Part shown: piece after piece, positions 62,075 through 64,000 of the stretch
Layout: every line of letters begins with the position of its first letter
Numbering within the stretch: position 1 is the first letter of the stretch
Origin: Myxococcota bacterium
GTDB taxonomy: Bacteria > Myxococcota_A > UBA796 > CAJQPC01
Assembly: GCA_036229005.1 (NCBI GenBank)
Contig: JAZAMN010000011.1
Coordinates: 96,001 to 160,000 of the forward strand
Length of the DNA stretch: 64,000 nucleotides
Reading direction: 5' to 3'
Program-made: the position numbers and the translations under genes
Notes under the pieces: generated by a model
The model's input: only the letters and a program-made list of their open reading frames with translations
The model's database searches: none
What the model was told of the DNA's origin: nothing

Positions 62075-62358
62075 CAGCGGCGCCCCTTGGACTTCTTGTC
62101 CGCAGCGTGCCCGTAGTAGGTACGGGTAGGTGCGAACTCGCCCAGCTTGTGACCGACCATGTTCTCGGTCACGTAGACCGGAATGAACTTGCGGCCGTTG
62201 TGAACGGCAAAGGTCATCCCAATGAAATCGGGAAGAATGGTAGAGCGACGGCTCCAGGTCTTGACCACGGGAGCGTTCTGGCCGCTCTCGCGAGCCTTGG
62301 AGACGCGCTTGAAAAGGTGAGGGTCGACGAAGGGACCCTTCTTGATGGAACGTGCCAC
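62074..62358 (-). CDS. rpsS: 30S ribosomal protein uS19
   Basis: KTWSRRS, GHKLGEF. Confidence 0.98.
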   Translation of the reverse strand: MARSIKKGPFVDPHLFKRVSKARESGQNAPVVKTWSRRSTILPDFIGMTFAVHNGRKFIPVYVTENMVGHKLGEFAPTRTYYGHAADKKSKGRR

Positions 62359-62367
62359 GGGTTCTCC

Positions 62368-63192
62368 TTACTTGCGACGCTTGACGATGAAACGGTTGCT
62401 CGGCTTCTTCCGAGCGCGGGTCTTGCGACCCTTGGTGGGCTTGCCCCAGGGGGTCACCGGGTGGCGACCACCAGTGGTCCGGCCCTCACCACCACCGTGG
62501 GGGTGGTCGATGGGGTTCATGGCTGCACCACGGACCTTGGGACGACGACCGAGCCAGCGGCTGCGACCTGCCTTTCCGATGGACTGGTTCTCGTGCTCGA
62601 GGTTGCCGACCTGACCGATCGTGGCCTGGCTGTTGCGGTGCACCTGACGGAGCTCACCGCTCGGCAGCCGCAGCAGGACGAGATCGCCCTCCTTGGCCAT
62701 CACCTGGGCGTAGCTTCCAGCGGAGCGACAGATCTGGCCGCCGCGGCCAATGGTCAGCTCGATGTTGTGCACCCAGGTACCCAACGGGACGGCGTGCAAC
62801 TGCATGCTGTTCCCAGGCTTGATGTCAGCCTCGTTGCTGCTGATGATCTGGTCACCGACCCGAAGGTTCAGCGGATGCAGGATGTACCGCTTCTCTCCGT
62901 CGGCGAAGTGAATCAGCGCAATGCGTGCCGAGCGGTTGGGGTCGTACTCGACAGCAGCGACCTTTCCAGGAACGCCCCACTTGTCACGCTTGAAGTCGAT
63001 GATTCGGTAGCGCCGCTTGTGACCACCACCCCGGCGACGGACAGTCATCCGGCCGCGGTTGTTTCGCCCACCGCTGCTCTTGAGCGGAGCCAGGAGCGAA
63101 CGCTCCGGGGACTTCTTGGTGACCTCGGCGAAGTCGCTGACGCTCATGAAGCGGCGACCGGCACTGGTCGAGTTGAACTTGCGAATGCCCAT
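62368..63192 (-). CDS. rplB: 50S ribosomal protein uL2
   Basis: [21 protein letters not shown]. Confidence 0.98.
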   Translation of the reverse strand: MGIRKFNSTSAGRRFMSVSDFAEVTKKSPERSLLAPLKSSGGRNNRGRMTVRRRGGGHKRRYRIIDFKRDKWGVPGKVAAVEYDPNRSARIALIHFADGEKRYILHPLNLRVGDQIISSNEADIKPGNSMQLHAVPLGTWVHNIELTIGRGGQICRSAGSYAQVMAKEGDLVLLRLPSGELRQVHRNSQATIGQVGNLEHENQSIGKAGRSRWLGRRPKVRGAAMNPIDHPHGGGEGRTTGGRHPVTPWGKPTKGRKTRARKKPSNRFIVKRRK

Positions 63193-63202
63193 CGTTCTGT
63201 CC

Positions 63203-63499
63203 TCAGGCCTCGCCGGCGTCGGCGTAGAAGTTGATGCTGTCGCCGTCACGCAGGGTCACGTAGGCCTTCTTCCAGTTGGAGCGACGCCCCATATGGCGGC
63301 CGAAGCGCTTGACCTTTCCGCGCACAATCAGCGTACGGACGTTGCTGACGCGAACCCCGAAGAAGTTCTCAACAGCGTCCTTGATCTGGTGCTTGTTGGC
63401 CTTGAGACCGACCTTGAACACGTAGGTGTTGTCCTCGGCGGCGTAGGCGGTCTTCTCGGTCACGACGGGACCGAGCAGGATGTCGTGGAGCTGATCCAT
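63203..63499 (-). CDS. rplW: 50S ribosomal protein uL23
   Basis: [20 protein letters not shown]. Confidence 0.97.
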   Translation of the reverse strand: MDQLHDILLGPVVTEKTAYAAEDNTYVFKVGLKANKHQIKDAVENFFGVRVSNVRTLIVRGKVKRFGRHMGRRSNWKKAYVTLRDGDSINFYADAGEA

Positions 63500-63500
63500 T

Positions 63501-64000
63501 TCAGGCCCCCAGGCGGCTGATGATACCGTCGACCGCAGCCTTGGTGGCGGCGATGTTGCCGTGCTTGAGCACGTCGTAGACGTTCAAGCCCTCGACGGGG
63601 AGCACGGTGACGCCGGGAAGATTCCGGGCCGACTTGATGACGTTCTCGTCCTTCTCGCTCAGGATGAGGAGCAGGTCGTTGAACTCGAAGTTGTCCATGA
63701 CGGACTTGAAGGACTTGGTCTTGATCTCGCTCATCGCGAAGCTATCGAAGACAGTGAACTTCGACTCCTCAACACGGCGGGACAGCGCGCTGCACAGCGC
63801 GGCGCGACGGACCTTCTTGGGAACCTTGTGCCCGTGATCACGAGGGGTGGGACCGAAGACGATTCCGCCGCCACGCATCTGCGGGGCACGGGTGGTGCCC
63901 TGACGCGCGCGGCCGGTGCCCTTCTGCTTGAAGGGCTTCTTGCCGCCACCAGACACCTCGGAGCGGCCCTTCACCTTGTGGGTACCCTGACGGCGGTTGG
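63501..64000 (-). CDS. rplD: 50S ribosomal protein uL4 (5' part outside window)
   Basis: KP.KQKGTGRARQG, GGG..FGP. Confidence 0.97.
   Translation of the reverse strand, partial: NRRQGTHKVKGRSEVSGGGKKPFKQKGTGRARQGTTRAPQMRGGGIVFGPTPRDHGHKVPKKVRRAALCSALSRRVEESKFTVFDSFAMSEIKTKSFKSVMDNFEFNDLLLILSEKDENVIKSARNLPGVTVLPVEGLNVYDVLKHGNIAATKAAVDGIISRLGA

Overview
GC-rich bacterial chromosome segment, most consistent with a Myxococcota-type lineage (Glt gliding cluster, MopE-repeat lipoproteins, L3 motif HGTHEFFRH); the taxonomy is inferred only. Contents in order: end of a probable TonB-dependent receptor plus a lipoprotein; a contiguous eight-gene Glt/Nfs-like envelope cluster (1.1-13.1 kb); five surface lipoproteins with MopE/FG-GAP/Ig-like modules; a stand-alone rplC; scoAB; guaB; a TPAT-type TRAP transporter with a lipase; pyrE, yigZ, pepP, nadB, slt, pgsA, pyrD; tRNA-Gly; a glycosylation trio; gap-pgk-tpiA-secG-tRNA-Leu; fur; and the S10-spc-alpha ribosomal cluster. 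No transposase, integrase, prophage or CRISPR array was seen. Best candidate for an undescribed system (hypothesis): a modified protein-export route. Several exported proteins carry ultra-short, uncharged signal peptides (MWIWLVG-C, MLTLFIG-C, MLLLLIS-C), while uL29 at the ribosome exit carries a ~45-aa tail ending in a MinD-like amphipathic helix. Other highlights: a six-hairpin RNA element between rpmC and rpsQ, selective absence of the Zn-ribbon proteins S14, L36 and S4 from their operons, low-GC segments spanning the 3' ends of convergent surface-protein genes, a 19-bp dispersed intergenic repeat and an isolated DnaA-box pair. All family calls come from motif recognition by eye; no searches were run.
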